Shown here in pieces: positions 41,021 through 51,346 of a stretch of DNA of 64,000 bases (within the stretch, counting starts at the first letter, position 1; each line of letters opens with the position of its first letter). The notes beneath the pieces are model-generated. The model did no database searches and was not told the origin of the DNA. It was given only the letters and a program-made list of their open reading frames with translations. The translations under genes were made by a program, and so were the position numbers. This DNA comes from an uncultured Microbacterium sp. (GTDB taxonomy: Bacteria; Actinomycetota; Actinomycetes; Actinomycetales; Microbacteriaceae): assembly GCA_964616805.1 (NCBI GenBank), contig CAZTUC010000014.1, positions 2,718 to 66,717 on the forward strand, written 5' to 3'.

Positions 41021-42357
41021 TAACGCTGCGCGAGTTCTTCCGCGACTAAAAATGCAAGCTCGAGCGACTGACGGTGGTTCAAGCGCGGGTCGCACAGCGA
41101 TTCGTAGCGTGTTGCCAAACCGGCCTCGTCGATCCGCTCTGAACCGCCCAAGCACTCAGTGACATCGTCGCCGGTAAGCTCGACGTGAATACCGCCCGGG
41201 AAGGTACCGACCGCTCGGTGCGCCTCGAAGAAGCCTCGTACTTCATCGACGACGTCATCAAACTGACGGGTCTTGTAGCCGGTGGGCGTCGTGATGCCGT
41301 TGCCGTGCATGGGGTCAGTGACCCACAGCGGGGTTGCGCCCGAGTCTTTTACTGCCTCGAGCAGCGGTGGCAGTGCATCTCGGATCTTGCCCGCCCCCAT
41401 TCGCGTGATGAACGTCAAGCGGCCCGGCTCGCGGTTGGGGTCGAGCTTGTCGATGTACGACAGCGCCTCGGCAGGCGTCGTCGTCGGACCGAGCTTGATA
41501 CCGATGGGGTTTCGAATCTTCGAGACGTAGTCGATGTGCGCACCGTCGAGGTCGCGTGTGCGCTCGCCCACCCACAAGAAGTGGGCGGAGGTGTTGTACA
41601 GCTCCCCGGTGCGCGAATCAACACGCGTCATGGGTGCTTCGTAGTCCATCAGCAGACCCTCGTGGCCCGTGTAGAACTCAACGCGCTTCAGTTCATCGAA
41701 GTCCGCACCGGCAGCCTCCATGAACTTGATAGCGCGGTCGATTTCGTTTGCGAGCGATTCGTAGCGCTGATTCGCGGGGTTTTGCGCAAACCCCTTGTTC
41801 CACGAGTGCACCTCACGCAAATCAGCGAATCCACCCTGCGTGAACGCACGAATGAGGTTGAGCGTCGACGCAGACGTGTTGTATGCCTGCAGCAAGCGGT
41901 TCGGGTCAGCCGTACGCGACGCTTCGGTGAACTCGTAACCGTTCACAATGTCACCGCGGTATGCCGGCAGCGTCAGACCATCGCGCGTCTCTGTGTCGCT
42001 CGAGCGCGGCTTGGCGAACTGGCCAGCCATGCGGCCCATCTTGACAACCGGCATCGACGCGCCGTACGTGAGCACAACAGCCATCTGCAGCACGGTCTTG
42101 ATGCGGTTGCGAATCTGATCGGCCGTGGCACCCGCGAAGGTTTCGGCGCAGTCGCCACCCTGCAGCATAAATGCGTTGCCGGATGCCGCGTTGCCGATAC
42201 GTGCGCGCAGGTTGTCGACCTCGCCGGCGAACACGAGCGGCGGCAGCGTAGCAATGCGCCCTGAGACTGCCGCAACGGCAGCAGGGTCAGCCCACTGGGG
42301 CTGTTGTTTGATTGGCAGATCGCGCCACGTGTCGAGTTCGGAAATGTTGGCAGGCAT
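41020..42357 (-). CDS. Class II DAHP synthase
   Basis: LQGGDCAE, RMAGQFAKPRS, WVGERTR, DPMHGN and CDPRLN. Confidence 0.95.
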   Translation of the reverse strand: MPANISELDTWRDLPIKQQPQWADPAAVAAVSGRIATLPPLVFAGEVDNLRARIGNAASGNAFMLQGGDCAETFAGATADQIRNRIKTVLQMAVVLTYGASMPVVKMGRMAGQFAKPRSSDTETRDGLTLPAYRGDIVNGYEFTEASRTADPNRLLQAYNTSASTLNLIRAFTQGGFADLREVHSWNKGFAQNPANQRYESLANEIDRAIKFMEAAGADFDELKRVEFYTGHEGLLMDYEAPMTRVDSRTGELYNTSAHFLWVGERTRDLDGAHIDYVSKIRNPIGIKLGPTTTPAEALSYIDKLDPNREPGRLTFITRMGAGKIRDALPPLLEAVKDSGATPLWVTDPMHGNGITTPTGYKTRQFDDVVDEVRGFFEAHRAVGTFPGGIHVELTGDDVTECLGGSERIDEAGLATRYESLCDPRLNHRQSLELAFLVAEELAQR

Positions 42358-42422
42358 CTTTCAATCCTAGCCAGTGACGGCGCACCCGAGCGCGTGGCAG
42401 GGCAGCCTGCGACGTCCGTTCG

Positions 42423-43139
42423 CTAACGGCGTTTTTCGAGCGAGCTCTTGGGTGCGCGGGGGGCCGTCAAGCGGTTCTTCACGCTCGTCGCATAAACATC
42501 TTCATAGAGTTGCCCACCGGCACGCTGCAGCTCAACCATGATCTCGTCGGTGACCGAACGCAAAATGTAACGGTCGTTTTCCATACCGTCGTAACGTGAG
42601 AAGTCGAGCGGTTTGCCGATCACAATCCCAACACGCACAACCCGTGGAACCTTGGCCCCAATCGGCATCATCTTGTCAGCGTCGATCATTGCAACCGGAA
42701 TGACCGGCACCTTCGCAGCAAGGGCCATGCGAGCAAGCCCCGTGCGTCCGCGGTACAGGCGCCCGTCCGGGCTCCGCGTTCCCTCGGGATACAGCCCGAG
42801 CAGGTCACCACGACCCAAAACCTGCAGGCCCGTGTTGAGCGAGTCTTCGGATGCCTTGCCGCCAGAACGGTCGATCGGCAACTGTCCGGTGGCTTTCATG
42901 AATACCCGAGTGGCCCACCCCTTGAGCCCTTTACCGGTGAAGTAGTCGCTCTTGGCCAGGAATGAAACTGGCCGATCGATCATGAGCGGCAACAGAATTG
43001 AGTCGATAAACGACAGGTGATTGCTCGCAAGAATGGCCGCCCCGTCGGTGGGGATATTCTCACGCCCCACGACCCACGGCCGGTAGATCGCCTTGACCAA
43101 TGGGCCAATCGCGATGTATTTCATAAACCAGTAGAACAT
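42423..43139 (-). CDS. Lysophospholipid (1-acylglycerol-3-phosphate) acyltransferase
   Basis: NHLSFID, AKSDYF and YPEGTRS. Confidence 0.92.
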   Translation of the reverse strand: MFYWFMKYIAIGPLVKAIYRPWVVGRENIPTDGAAILASNHLSFIDSILLPLMIDRPVSFLAKSDYFTGKGLKGWATRVFMKATGQLPIDRSGGKASEDSLNTGLQVLGRGDLLGLYPEGTRSPDGRLYRGRTGLARMALAAKVPVIPVAMIDADKMMPIGAKVPRVVRVGIVIGKPLDFSRYDGMENDRYILRSVTDEIMVELQRAGGQLYEDVYATSVKNRLTAPRAPKSSLEKRR

Positions 43140-43268
43140 CGCCAACAACATTAGTACCGAACTAGCCTGAGTTGTGGCATGCAATGCGCTCGCGGGTGTT
43201 CGTGGCGATCACCGCCTAGGATTGACGGGTAACAATCACCCCACTATTTAGGTATCAAAGGAGTTGCC

Positions 43269-45101
43269 GTGGTTTCCGAGATCTCCGTTCCGGTCGTCGT
43301 CCCCATCGACCTGAGTCTCAATGTGAGCGATCTGCTCGCCAATCGTGTGAAAGAGACCCCCAACCTCGCACTGTTTGCTGTTCCCGACGGTGAGGGCTGG
43401 AAAGACATCACCGCAAAAGAGTTCGAGGCCCAGGTCATCGCACTCGCGAAGGGCTTCATCGCTGCTGGCATCAAGCCGAGGGATAAAGTCGGATTCATCG
43501 CAAAGACCACATATGAGTGGACTCTCGTTGACTTCGGGTTGTTCTACGCCGGCGCCGTCATGGTTCCGATTTACGAAACCTCGTCGAGCGCACAGATCGA
43601 ATGGATCCTGAAAGACTCTGCCGCTCGCGCACTCATTGTTGAGACAGCTGAGCACCTCGAGCGCTTCGAGGAGATTAAGCAGAGCGTCAAGGGTGTTGAG
43701 CCCGTCTGGTCGCTTGCGGATGGCGCCATCGAGGCGCTCATCGCTGGTGGCACGGCTGTTTCCGACGCCGACGTTGAGCAGGCTCGTAAGACTGCCAAGC
43801 CTGAGGACATCGCAACCCTCATTTACACGTCGGGTTCGACCGGCCGCCCCAAGGGTTGCGTGCTCACCCACGCAAACTTCGTTGAGACCTCGCGCCAGTC
43901 ATCCATTGCGCTTGCCGAAGCGGTCGGCCCGGGCTCGTCAACGGTGCTCTTCATCACGACGGCACACGTTTTCGCTCGCCTCATCTCGATCCTCGACATC
44001 CACGCGGGTGTGAAGACCGGCCACCAGCCCGATACGAGCCAGTTGCTCCCGGCCCTGGCTTCGTTCAAGCCGACATTCTTGCTCGCTGTTCCGCGCGTGT
44101 TCGAGAAGGTCTACAACTCGGCCGAGCAAAAGGCAGAAGCGGGTGGCAAGGGCAAGATCTTCCGCGCCGCCGCGGCCGCTGGTATTCAGCGCTCGACGCT
44201 GCAGCAAGACGGCAAAAAAGTTCCGTTCATGCTCAACCTCAAGGTTGGTCTGTTCGACAAACTTGTCTTCTCGAAGCTTCGTGAGGCAATGGGCGGCCAG
44301 GTCAAATACGCGGTTTCCGGTTCAGCACCGCTCGGTGCTCGCCTCGGTCACTTCTTCAACAGCCTCGGTATCGAAATCTTTGAAGGTTATGGTCTGACCG
44401 AGACAACCGCTCCAGCAACCGTGAACCGCCCCCGCAAGACGAAGATCGGCACCGTTGGTGTTCCGATTCCGGGTGCGAGCATTCGTATCGCCGAAGATGG
44501 CGAGATCGAAACACAGGGTGTCAACGTCTTCGGCGGTTACTGGAACAACGAAACCGCCACGAAGGATGTCTTTACCGACGACGGTTGGTTCAAGACCGGC
44601 GATCTCGGTTCGCTCGACAGCGAAGGCTACTTGACGATCACCGGGCGCAAGAAAGAAATCATCGTCACCGCCGGTGGCAAGAACGTCGCCCCGGCAGCGC
44701 TGGAAGACCCGATTCGCTCCAACCCCGTCGTGAGCCAGGTTGTTGTTGTCGGGGACCAGAAGCCATTCATTGCAGCCCTGGTCACGCTCGACGAAGAGAT
44801 GCTGCCGACATGGCTGGCGAACAACGACCTGCCGGCTGACATGACGCTTGAGCAAGCGGTGAAAAACCCGGCTGTTATCGCCGAGGTACAAACGGCCGTC
44901 GACCGAGCAAACACGACGGTTTCGCGTGCCGAGTCGATTCGCAAGTTCGAGATTCTGCCGACGCAGTGGACGGAAGCCAGCGGTCACTTGACACCGAAGC
45001 TTTCGATCAAGCGTGGCGAAATCTTGAAAGACTTCGCGAGCGAGATCGAATCCATTTACGCTGGCCCGAAGGATCAGACCACAGGCGTATCGCTCAAGTA
45101 A
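43269..45101 (+). CDS. Long-chain acyl-CoA synthetase (FadD15-like)
   Basis: YTSGSTGRPKG, EGYGLTET, FKTGDLG and GRKKEII; GTG after AAGGAG. Confidence 0.92.
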   Translation: MVSEISVPVVVPIDLSLNVSDLLANRVKETPNLALFAVPDGEGWKDITAKEFEAQVIALAKGFIAAGIKPRDKVGFIAKTTYEWTLVDFGLFYAGAVMVPIYETSSSAQIEWILKDSAARALIVETAEHLERFEEIKQSVKGVEPVWSLADGAIEALIAGGTAVSDADVEQARKTAKPEDIATLIYTSGSTGRPKGCVLTHANFVETSRQSSIALAEAVGPGSSTVLFITTAHVFARLISILDIHAGVKTGHQPDTSQLLPALASFKPTFLLAVPRVFEKVYNSAEQKAEAGGKGKIFRAAAAAGIQRSTLQQDGKKVPFMLNLKVGLFDKLVFSKLREAMGGQVKYAVSGSAPLGARLGHFFNSLGIEIFEGYGLTETTAPATVNRPRKTKIGTVGVPIPGASIRIAEDGEIETQGVNVFGGYWNNETATKDVFTDDGWFKTGDLGSLDSEGYLTITGRKKEIIVTAGGKNVAPAALEDPIRSNPVVSQVVVVGDQKPFIAALVTLDEEMLPTWLANNDLPADMTLEQAVKNPAVIAEVQTAVDRANTTVSRAESIRKFEILPTQWTEASGHLTPKLSIKRGEILKDFASEIESIYAGPKDQTTGVSLK

Positions 45102-45152
45102 TTCGCCCACCGTCGCCGCATGCGGCGCGCAGACGCAGAGAGCGGCTGGTTC

Positions 45153-45644
45153 TTAGAACCAGTCGCTCTCTCGTATTTGCCGCATGGCAGCCTTCTTGCG
45201 CTCCGGGTCAAGCCGGTTGATGTAGAGGATGCCCTCGAGGTGGTCGCATTCGTGCTGGAACGCCTGAGCGAGGATTCCGTCGCCTTCCAAGGCAATCGGG
45301 TTACCGTGAAGATCAACACCCTCGCAGCGCGCCCATGGATAACGCAACGTCTGGTGCCACAAACCCGGCACAGAAAGGCAGCCCTCGTCAACGAGTTCGG
45401 GCTCACCACGCGTTTCGGTGACGGCCGGGTTGAGGAAGTATCCGATTTGTCCGTCCACGTTAAAACTAAACGCGCGCACTCCAACGCCGATTTGCGGCGC
45501 TGCAACACCGGCCCGGCCCGGTAGCGCGGTTGTGTCAAGCAAATCTTGCACAAGGGCACGTGTGCCAGCATCAAAGGCTGTTATTGGCGTGCAAACGGTG
45601 CGCAATACGGGGTCCGGGTACAAACGAATCTCTCGAACAGTCAC
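45153..45644 (-). CDS. def: Peptide deformylase
   Basis: GVAAPQIG, EGCLS and QHECDH. Confidence 0.95.
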   Translation of the reverse strand: MTVREIRLYPDPVLRTVCTPITAFDAGTRALVQDLLDTTALPGRAGVAAPQIGVGVRAFSFNVDGQIGYFLNPAVTETRGEPELVDEGCLSVPGLWHQTLRYPWARCEGVDLHGNPIALEGDGILAQAFQHECDHLEGILYINRLDPERKKAAMRQIRESDWF

Positions 45645-45710
45645 CGCATTAGCCTAATCGTCTCGGCCCCCACTCAGCATGCTGCCCCTCGGACGCGGTA
45701 ACGTTGATCT

Positions 45711-46562
45711 GTGCACGTTCTCAGCATTAGTTCCCTCAAGGGTGGCGTCGGCAAAACCACTGTCACACTTGGTTTGGCATCGGCCGCCTTCGCGCGCGGT
45801 TTGCGTACCCTTGTGGTTGATTTTGACCCGCAATCGGATGTTTCAACCGGCCTCGACGTCAGCACCGTCGGCCATTTGAACGTTGCCGATGTGCTTGAGA
45901 ACCCGAAAGAAAAGACGGTTCGTCAAGCAATTGCACCGTCAGGGTGGACAAAGTCGCACCCGGGCACCCTCGACGTGCTCATCGGGAGCCCATCGGCCAT
46001 CAACTTTGATGGCCCGCACCCCAGTGTGCGCGATGTGTGGAAGCTTGAAGAAGCGCTCGCTGCTGTTGAAGACGAATATGACCTTGTGCTGATCGACTGT
46101 GCTCCCTCGCTCAACGCACTAACCCGCACCGCGTGGGCGGCAAGTGACCGCGTTATCGTGGTGACCGAACCGGGCCTGTTCTCGGTTGCCGCTGCCGACC
46201 GTGCATTGCGCGCGATTGAAGAGATCCGCCGAGGCCTTTCCTCTCGCCTGCAACCGCTTGGCATTGTCGTCAATCGTGTTCGACCGCAATCGATCGAACA
46301 TCAGTACCGCATCGACGAGTTACGCGAAATGTTTGGCCCGCTTGTGCTGAGCCCACAGCTTCCCGAACGCACGTCACTGCAGCAAGCACAGGGTGCTGCT
46401 CGACCACTGCACGTCTGGCCGGGCGAGGCAGCGCAAGAACTTGCCGCCGATTTTGATGCGCTGCTCGACCACGTTGCGTTGGCAGCCCAACTCCCGGTGC
46501 TGGATGCGCCCGCGACCACAACAGTCGAGGTTACGAACGTTGAAGAAAGCGACGAAAACTAA
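45711..46562 (+). CDS. ParA/Soj family ATPase (orphan, no parB nearby)
   Basis: KGGVGKTT deviant Walker A, DFDPQ and IDCAPS. Confidence 0.9.
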   Translation: MHVLSISSLKGGVGKTTVTLGLASAAFARGLRTLVVDFDPQSDVSTGLDVSTVGHLNVADVLENPKEKTVRQAIAPSGWTKSHPGTLDVLIGSPSAINFDGPHPSVRDVWKLEEALAAVEDEYDLVLIDCAPSLNALTRTAWAASDRVIVVTEPGLFSVAAADRALRAIEEIRRGLSSRLQPLGIVVNRVRPQSIEHQYRIDELREMFGPLVLSPQLPERTSLQQAQGAARPLHVWPGEAAQELAADFDALLDHVALAAQLPVLDAPATTTVEVTNVEESDEN

Positions 46563-47107
46563 GCCGAACGACGTGCGCGCAGACGCGCAAGGTCGTCGAC
46601 TGGAGCGTCAGCGAGTTCGTCTTTCACGACTTCAATGAGGGTTGCTTCAACCTCGCGCCACAGCGGCGCAACCGTGATCCCAAAAACGCCCTGGCCCTGT
46701 GCCATGAGGTCGAGCAGTTCACGCTCCGACGTGCACAAGTACACCGAGGCGCCATCGCTCATGAGCGTGACCTTCGAGAGGTCGCGGATGCCCTGAGCGC
46801 GCAACTGCTCAACGGCAATGCGAATCTGCTGCAGCGAAACGCCAGCGTCCAGCAAGCGCTTGACAAGCTTGAGGACGAGGATGTCACCAAAACCATACAG
46901 ACGCTGGCTTCCCGACCCCGTCGCGTTACGCACCGTGGGCTCAACGAGACCCGTACGAGCCCAGTAGTCAAGCTGACGGTACGAAATACCAGCGGCACGA
47001 GCGGCAACAGCACCGCGGTAACCCGCGGCATCCTCAACGAGAAGGCCATCGGTAAAGAGCATCTCTTCCTGCGACGATGTCGCGGAGCCGACTGGTTCGA
47101 CCTGCAT
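46559..47107 (-). CDS. MerR family regulator, Rv1830 (McdR)-type
   Basis: ISYRQLDYWART, GSGSQRLY and VTLMSDG; ATG after GGGAGG. Confidence 0.85.
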   Translation of the reverse strand: MQVEPVGSATSSQEEMLFTDGLLVEDAAGYRGAVAARAAGISYRQLDYWARTGLVEPTVRNATGSGSQRLYGFGDILVLKLVKRLLDAGVSLQQIRIAVEQLRAQGIRDLSKVTLMSDGASVYLCTSERELLDLMAQGQGVFGITVAPLWREVEATLIEVVKDELADAPVDDLARLRARRSA

Positions 47108-47191
47108 GGCACCTCCCATTTCTTGTTCCTCCACGGTAAAGCAGAACCCGCCCCCGCACGACCTCATTTTGAGTGTGTCGAAATTTGAATT

Positions 47192-47863
47192 TTACGCGAG
47201 CATGCGAGCGATAACGTCGCTCAACAAAACACGACGCAAGTCATCGACCCGCGCACGCAACTCGTGTGCCCGCTCCCCCGCACGCGAACGCGAAAGCGCA
47301 TCTTGCTTGCCTAGGAGCGGCCCGATTGCTGCACGCACCAATTGTGCGTCCCGTTCGGCATGCTGCTTCACAACGCGCAAGTGCCGCGGTTCAAGCCCGT
47401 GGCTTTCGAGTGCAACAAGCACCTGCAAGACTTCAAGGTCTTGCGCCCGATAGCGTTCACGGGCCTCAAGTAAACCGATCGCGATTGCCTCGTCCAGCAA
47501 CTTTGGTCGAGCTGCAGCTTCGCTGAGCAACTGTGCTCGGGAATACCCCTGCGTCGCCGGGCGAATGCGAGTCGGAACTGCCTGCGCGAGTGCCTCATCA
47601 TCTTGGGCATCAAGCTGGGCGCGAATGCGCTCCCACGAGATCCCAACGTCTCGTTGCATCGTCAGCCCAAACCGCAGTCGTTCGACATCGCGCGCCGAAA
47701 ACTTCCGGTAGCCGCTCTCGGTGCGCGAAGGCATCACAATGCCTTCGACTTCGAGGTAACGCAACTTACTTGCGCTGAGTTCGGGGAACTCGCCGTGGAG
47801 TTTCGCGATCACTTGACCGATGCTGAGGGTAGATAACTCACCTGCGGAGCGCGCAAGTGCCAT
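47192..47863 (-). CDS. ftsR: MerR family regulator, Rv1828/FtsR-type
   Basis: LSIGQV...SKLRYLE..RTESGYRKF; translationally coupled (TGATG) to the FHA gene. Confidence 0.75.
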   Translation of the reverse strand: MALARSAGELSTLSIGQVIAKLHGEFPELSASKLRYLEVEGIVMPSRTESGYRKFSARDVERLRFGLTMQRDVGISWERIRAQLDAQDDEALAQAVPTRIRPATQGYSRAQLLSEAAARPKLLDEAIAIGLLEARERYRAQDLEVLQVLVALESHGLEPRHLRVVKQHAERDAQLVRAAIGPLLGKQDALSRSRAGERAHELRARVDDLRRVLLSDVIARMLA

Positions 47864-48369
47864 CAGGCATCGACTCCGTTGCCAGCACTTGGAGCGCGGT
47901 CAAGCGGTGAAACAAAGTAGTTCAGACGGAACTTACCGATGCGCAACTCTGCGCCATCAGTGAGCCTCGTGTGCTCAATCGGCTCACCGTTGACATACGT
48001 GCCGTTCAGCGAACGCTGGTCGATGACGTCAAAGGCACGCGCGTCTTCCTCGGCGCGCTGCAGAATTGCGTGGCGGCGTGAAACCGTGACGTCGTCAAGA
48101 AAAATGTCTGCGTCAGGGTGGCGACCAATGAGCGTGACGTCGTGATCAACCAGGTAACGAGCACCCGCCAGGGAACCCGAACGCACGAGGAGCAAACCAG
48201 AGCCGCTCGGCAAAGCACCAATTGCATCAAGTTCGGCCGCGGTGAAATCGGCACCGAACGGGCGGAACGACAGGTCGACGTCGCCGGTGAGCGCGCTATA
48301 AGCAACACCTGCTTCACTCAGGTCGTGCATCGACGTATCGGTTGATTCGTTGTCGTTGAACTCGCTCAC
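47863..48369 (-). CDS. garA: FHA-domain protein GarA/OdhI
   Basis: IGRHPDADIFLDDVTVSRRHA and SLNGTYVN; Thr-containing N-terminus; GTG after GGAGG. Confidence 0.85.
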   Translation of the reverse strand: MSEFNDNESTDTSMHDLSEAGVAYSALTGDVDLSFRPFGADFTAAELDAIGALPSGSGLLLVRSGSLAGARYLVDHDVTLIGRHPDADIFLDDVTVSRRHAILQRAEEDARAFDVIDQRSLNGTYVNGEPIEHTRLTDGAELRIGKFRLNYFVSPLDRAPSAGNGVDA

Positions 48370-48408
48370 GTTCGTCCCTCCTTGATCTTCAACCCTAGCC
48401 GATTGGAA

Positions 48409-48440
48409 CGCCCCTTGGCATACCCGAGGGGCGCTTTTTT
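48409..48440 (+). terminator. Plus-strand intrinsic terminator with no upstream plus-strand gene
   Basis: 10-bp stem cgccccttgg / ccgaggggcg followed by c and T6. Confidence 0.6.
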
Positions 48441-48482
48441 GGGCACATTTCACACATTTATTTGCGCGCTACGATGAAGCAC

Positions 48483-49136
48483 GTGTCAAATGCAATCACT
48501 TTCACGAAATCCGATTCTCATTCACTCACGGGCCGTCTCGCACGCACTGGTTTGGCCCTGGTTCTTGCGCTCATTGCGCTGATTGTTAGTGTACCGAGCG
48601 CCTTCGCGCACGACGTTCTCGACTCGTCAGACCCAGCGGATGGGTCGACGGTGATCGGCGTTCCCGAGCAGGTCGTGCTGAGCTTCAACAACGCTCCGCA
48701 GGAGGCGCCCAACGCCAACACCATCGAGGTTCTCAGTCCAAGCGGTGTCAATGTTGCAATCGGCGACATGCTCATCGAGCAAAACACCGTCACGCAAGCA
48801 CTCGACCAGGCAAACAGCGAAGCCGGCACCTACACCGTGAACTGGGCAATCGTCTCAAGCGACGGTCACGCCAACTCGGGTGCATTCTCGTTCGAGGTGC
48901 AGGTTGCTGTCGCTCCCCTCGAAACCGTCACTCCAACTCCGGAAGCGACTGTCGACGAGCACCTGGTCACTGAAATGCCCACAACACCGCAGATCGACGA
49001 GCCCGTGACTGCAGCCCCTGAGCAGGGTGTCTCGCCTCTTGTTTGGGTGCTCGGCGGTCTCGCGCTGGCTGCCGTTGTCGTTGGACTGACGTACTTGACT
49101 GTACGAACCATCAAAAACAATCGCGAGAGCCAGTAA
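48483..49136 (+). CDS. copC: CopC-family copper-binding protein with C-terminal TM anchor
   Basis: Signal peptide, AHDVL..SDPADG, WAIVSSDGH and P/T/E-rich linker; GTG 7 nt after TACGAT (alternative ATG 48474). Confidence 0.82.
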   Translation: MSNAITFTKSDSHSLTGRLARTGLALVLALIALIVSVPSAFAHDVLDSSDPADGSTVIGVPEQVVLSFNNAPQEAPNANTIEVLSPSGVNVAIGDMLIEQNTVTQALDQANSEAGTYTVNWAIVSSDGHANSGAFSFEVQVAVAPLETVTPTPEATVDEHLVTEMPTTPQIDEPVTAAPEQGVSPLVWVLGGLALAAVVVGLTYLTVRTIKNNRESQ

Positions 49137-49166
49137 GGCACCACAAAACGGCGATAGGCTTAACGC

Positions 49167-50567
49167 ATGCCACACTACGACGTCATTGTTCTCGGCGCGG
49201 GCCCCGGCGGCTACGTTGCAGCGATTCGTTCAGCACAGCTTGGTCTGAGCACCGCAATCATTGAAGAGAAGTATTGGGGCGGTGTTTGCCTCAATGTTGG
49301 GTGCATCCCCTCCAAGGCACTGCTTGCCAACGCAGAGCTTGCCCACACCCTCAAGCACAAGGCCGACTTCTTCGGCATCAGTGGCGAGAACATTTCGATG
49401 GACTTCGGCAAAGCATTCGACCGCAGCCGCGAGGTTGCCGATGGCCGAGTCAAGGGCATCCACTTCTTGATGAAGAAGAACAAGATTCAAGAATTCGAGG
49501 GCCGCGGCTCGTTCGTCGACGCAAATACGATCGATGTCACAAAGACCGATGGTTCGGTTGAGCGTGTCACCTTCAACAACGCCATCATCGCAACCGGTTC
49601 GACCGTTCGTCTGCTTCCGGGCGTGACCCTCAGCCAAAACATTGTCACGTACGAAGAGCAGATTCTTTCGCGCGAGCTGCCCGGTTCGATTGTTATCGTC
49701 GGCGCCGGCGCAATCGGTATCGAATTCGCGTACGTTCTGAAAAACTACGGCGTTGACGTCACGATCGTGGAGTACCTCGACCGGGTGCTCCCGAACGAAG
49801 ACGCCGACGTTTCGAAAGAACTCGCTAAGCAGTACAAGAACCTCGGCGTCAACATCCTCACCTCAACCAAGGTTGACTCGATTGTTGACAATGGGTCGGA
49901 TGTCACCGTCAGCTACACCGCAAAAGACGGCTCGGCCAACCAGATCACCACCGACCGCGTGCTGATGTCGGTTGGTTTCGCACCGAACGTAACCGGCTTC
50001 GGGCTGGAAAACACGGGGGTTGCCCTGACCGACCGTGGCGCAATCGACATTGACGATTACATGCGCACAAACGTGCCACACATTTTCGCAATCGGTGACG
50101 TCACCGCGAAGCTGCAGTTGGCCCACGTTGCAGAAGCCCAGGGTGTTGTTGCGGCCGAGACAATCGGTGGCGCCGAAACCATGACGCTCGGCGACTACCG
50201 CATGATGCCGCGTGCTACATTCTGCAGCCCGCAGGTTGGTTCGTTCGGTCTGACCGAAGAGCAAGCACGGGCAGAGGGTCACGACGTGAAGGTTGTTACC
50301 TTCCCGTTCATGGCTAACGGCAAGGCACACGGCATTGGCGAGCCTGTCGGTTTCGTGAAGGTTGTTGCCGACGCCGAGCACCTCGAGCTGCTTGGTGCAC
50401 ACATGATTGGCCCGGATGCTTCAGAGTTGCTGCCCGAGTTCACGCTCGCCCAAAAGTGGGATCTGACGGCGCACGAGCTTGCTCGCAACGTCCACACGCA
50501 CCCGACGCTTTCGGAAGCGCAGCAGGAAGCATTCCACGGCCTCGTCGGCCACATGATTAACTTTTGA
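49167..50567 (+). CDS. lpdA: Dihydrolipoamide dehydrogenase
   Basis: GAGPGGY, CLNVGC redox disulfide, GAGAIG and HPTLSE. Confidence 0.96.
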   Translation: MPHYDVIVLGAGPGGYVAAIRSAQLGLSTAIIEEKYWGGVCLNVGCIPSKALLANAELAHTLKHKADFFGISGENISMDFGKAFDRSREVADGRVKGIHFLMKKNKIQEFEGRGSFVDANTIDVTKTDGSVERVTFNNAIIATGSTVRLLPGVTLSQNIVTYEEQILSRELPGSIVIVGAGAIGIEFAYVLKNYGVDVTIVEYLDRVLPNEDADVSKELAKQYKNLGVNILTSTKVDSIVDNGSDVTVSYTAKDGSANQITTDRVLMSVGFAPNVTGFGLENTGVALTDRGAIDIDDYMRTNVPHIFAIGDVTAKLQLAHVAEAQGVVAAETIGGAETMTLGDYRMMPRATFCSPQVGSFGLTEEQARAEGHDVKVVTFPFMANGKAHGIGEPVGFVKVVADAEHLELLGAHMIGPDASELLPEFTLAQKWDLTAHELARNVHTHPTLSEAQQEAFHGLVGHMINF

Positions 50568-50569
50568 TG

Positions 50570-50612
50570 CAAGCCGGGTCAGGTTTGGCGTAGCCAAACC
50601 TGACCCGGCTTG
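50570..50612. terminator. Perfect 20-bp hairpin after lpdA
   Basis: caagccgggtcaggtttggc-gta-gccaaacctgacccggcttg. Confidence 0.8.
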
Positions 50613-50620
50613 GATCAACA

Positions 50621-50652
50621 CTGAGCGAGGCCCCACCGGGGCCGAGTCGAAG
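50621..50652. repeat. REP-like palindromic element
   Basis: ctgagcgag-gccccaccggggcc-gagtcgaag; resembles from memory the actinobacterial TGAGCGAG...GAGTCGAA extragenic repeats; single copy here. Confidence 0.4.
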
Positions 50653-50664
50653 TGTCAACGTGCA

Positions 50665-50721
50665 CCTTCGCGAAGCGCTCGTTCCTTCGCGAAGCGCTCG
50701 TTCCCTCGCAGAACGCTAGTT
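50665..50721. repeat. 19-bp tandem repeat (two perfect copies, one degenerate)
   Basis: ccttcgcgaagcgctcgtt twice (50665-50702), then ccctcgcagaacgctagtt (14/19 identical). Confidence 0.8.
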
Positions 50722-51339
50722 CCCTAGCGCCCGCCCAAGCTTCGACCCTTCAGACGGACGTGCTCCGGTTGCCAGCACAACACCTTCGAGCTCGGCGAAG
50801 AGTGCGTCGCCGTCAGCTTGGCTGACCTCAGCGTGCAATTCGAGTTCCCATTCCCGCCACGTACGTTCGATGCCGGTGCGTTCATCAAGCGCGACAACAC
50901 TGTCGTCAACGAATTCGGCTGAAACACCCACGGCAGTTGTGAGCTGATACGCGAGCCGGTTGTTGCGGATGCGCGCGAGTGGTGCGAGTTCGCCGAGTGC
51001 GACATCCGATGCTTGCTCGGCAAGCAATTGCGCGATTGCGGCTCGGAGTTGCTCTGGTGGCTGTTCGGTGTCGGGCCATTGCAACTCAAGGCGTCCGCTC
51101 GCCGTGCGCGGGCCTTTAATATGCCAGCCAGCATCATGTCCCCCACGGCGATGCCGCACGGCGATGCCGTGGCGAGCAAGCACAGCATCGTCGGTATCGA
51201 AATACCGCGCGTCAAGCTCACGCACTTCGGCGGGGGTGACGCTCAGCCCCGAAACGCTCGCCCACGCGGGCAACGTGGTGTTTGCTTCGACGTCGTATTT
51301 GCGCTCGATTTCCATCGAGCTTTGCGGCGCAAGCGACAC
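50716..51339 (-). CDS. CYTH domain protein (triphosphate tunnel metalloenzyme)
   Basis: EIERKY, RHRRGG..GWHIK and WELEL; start GTG 51339 or ATG 51315. Confidence 0.85.
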   Translation of the reverse strand: MSLAPQSSMEIERKYDVEANTTLPAWASVSGLSVTPAEVRELDARYFDTDDAVLARHGIAVRHRRGGHDAGWHIKGPRTASGRLELQWPDTEQPPEQLRAAIAQLLAEQASDVALGELAPLARIRNNRLAYQLTTAVGVSAEFVDDSVVALDERTGIERTWREWELELHAEVSQADGDALFAELEGVVLATGARPSEGSKLGRALGN

Positions 51340-51346
51340 GTGATGA

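Noticed and set aside
41007-41026. Third TGTCAG with a downstream TA
   Set aside because: The spacing is 8 nt, the hexamer TAACGC lacks the final T, and the site is part of a terminator hairpin between convergent genes.
50665-50721. Possible CRISPR array
   Set aside because: The 19-bp units are directly adjacent with no spacers, and no cas genes are present.
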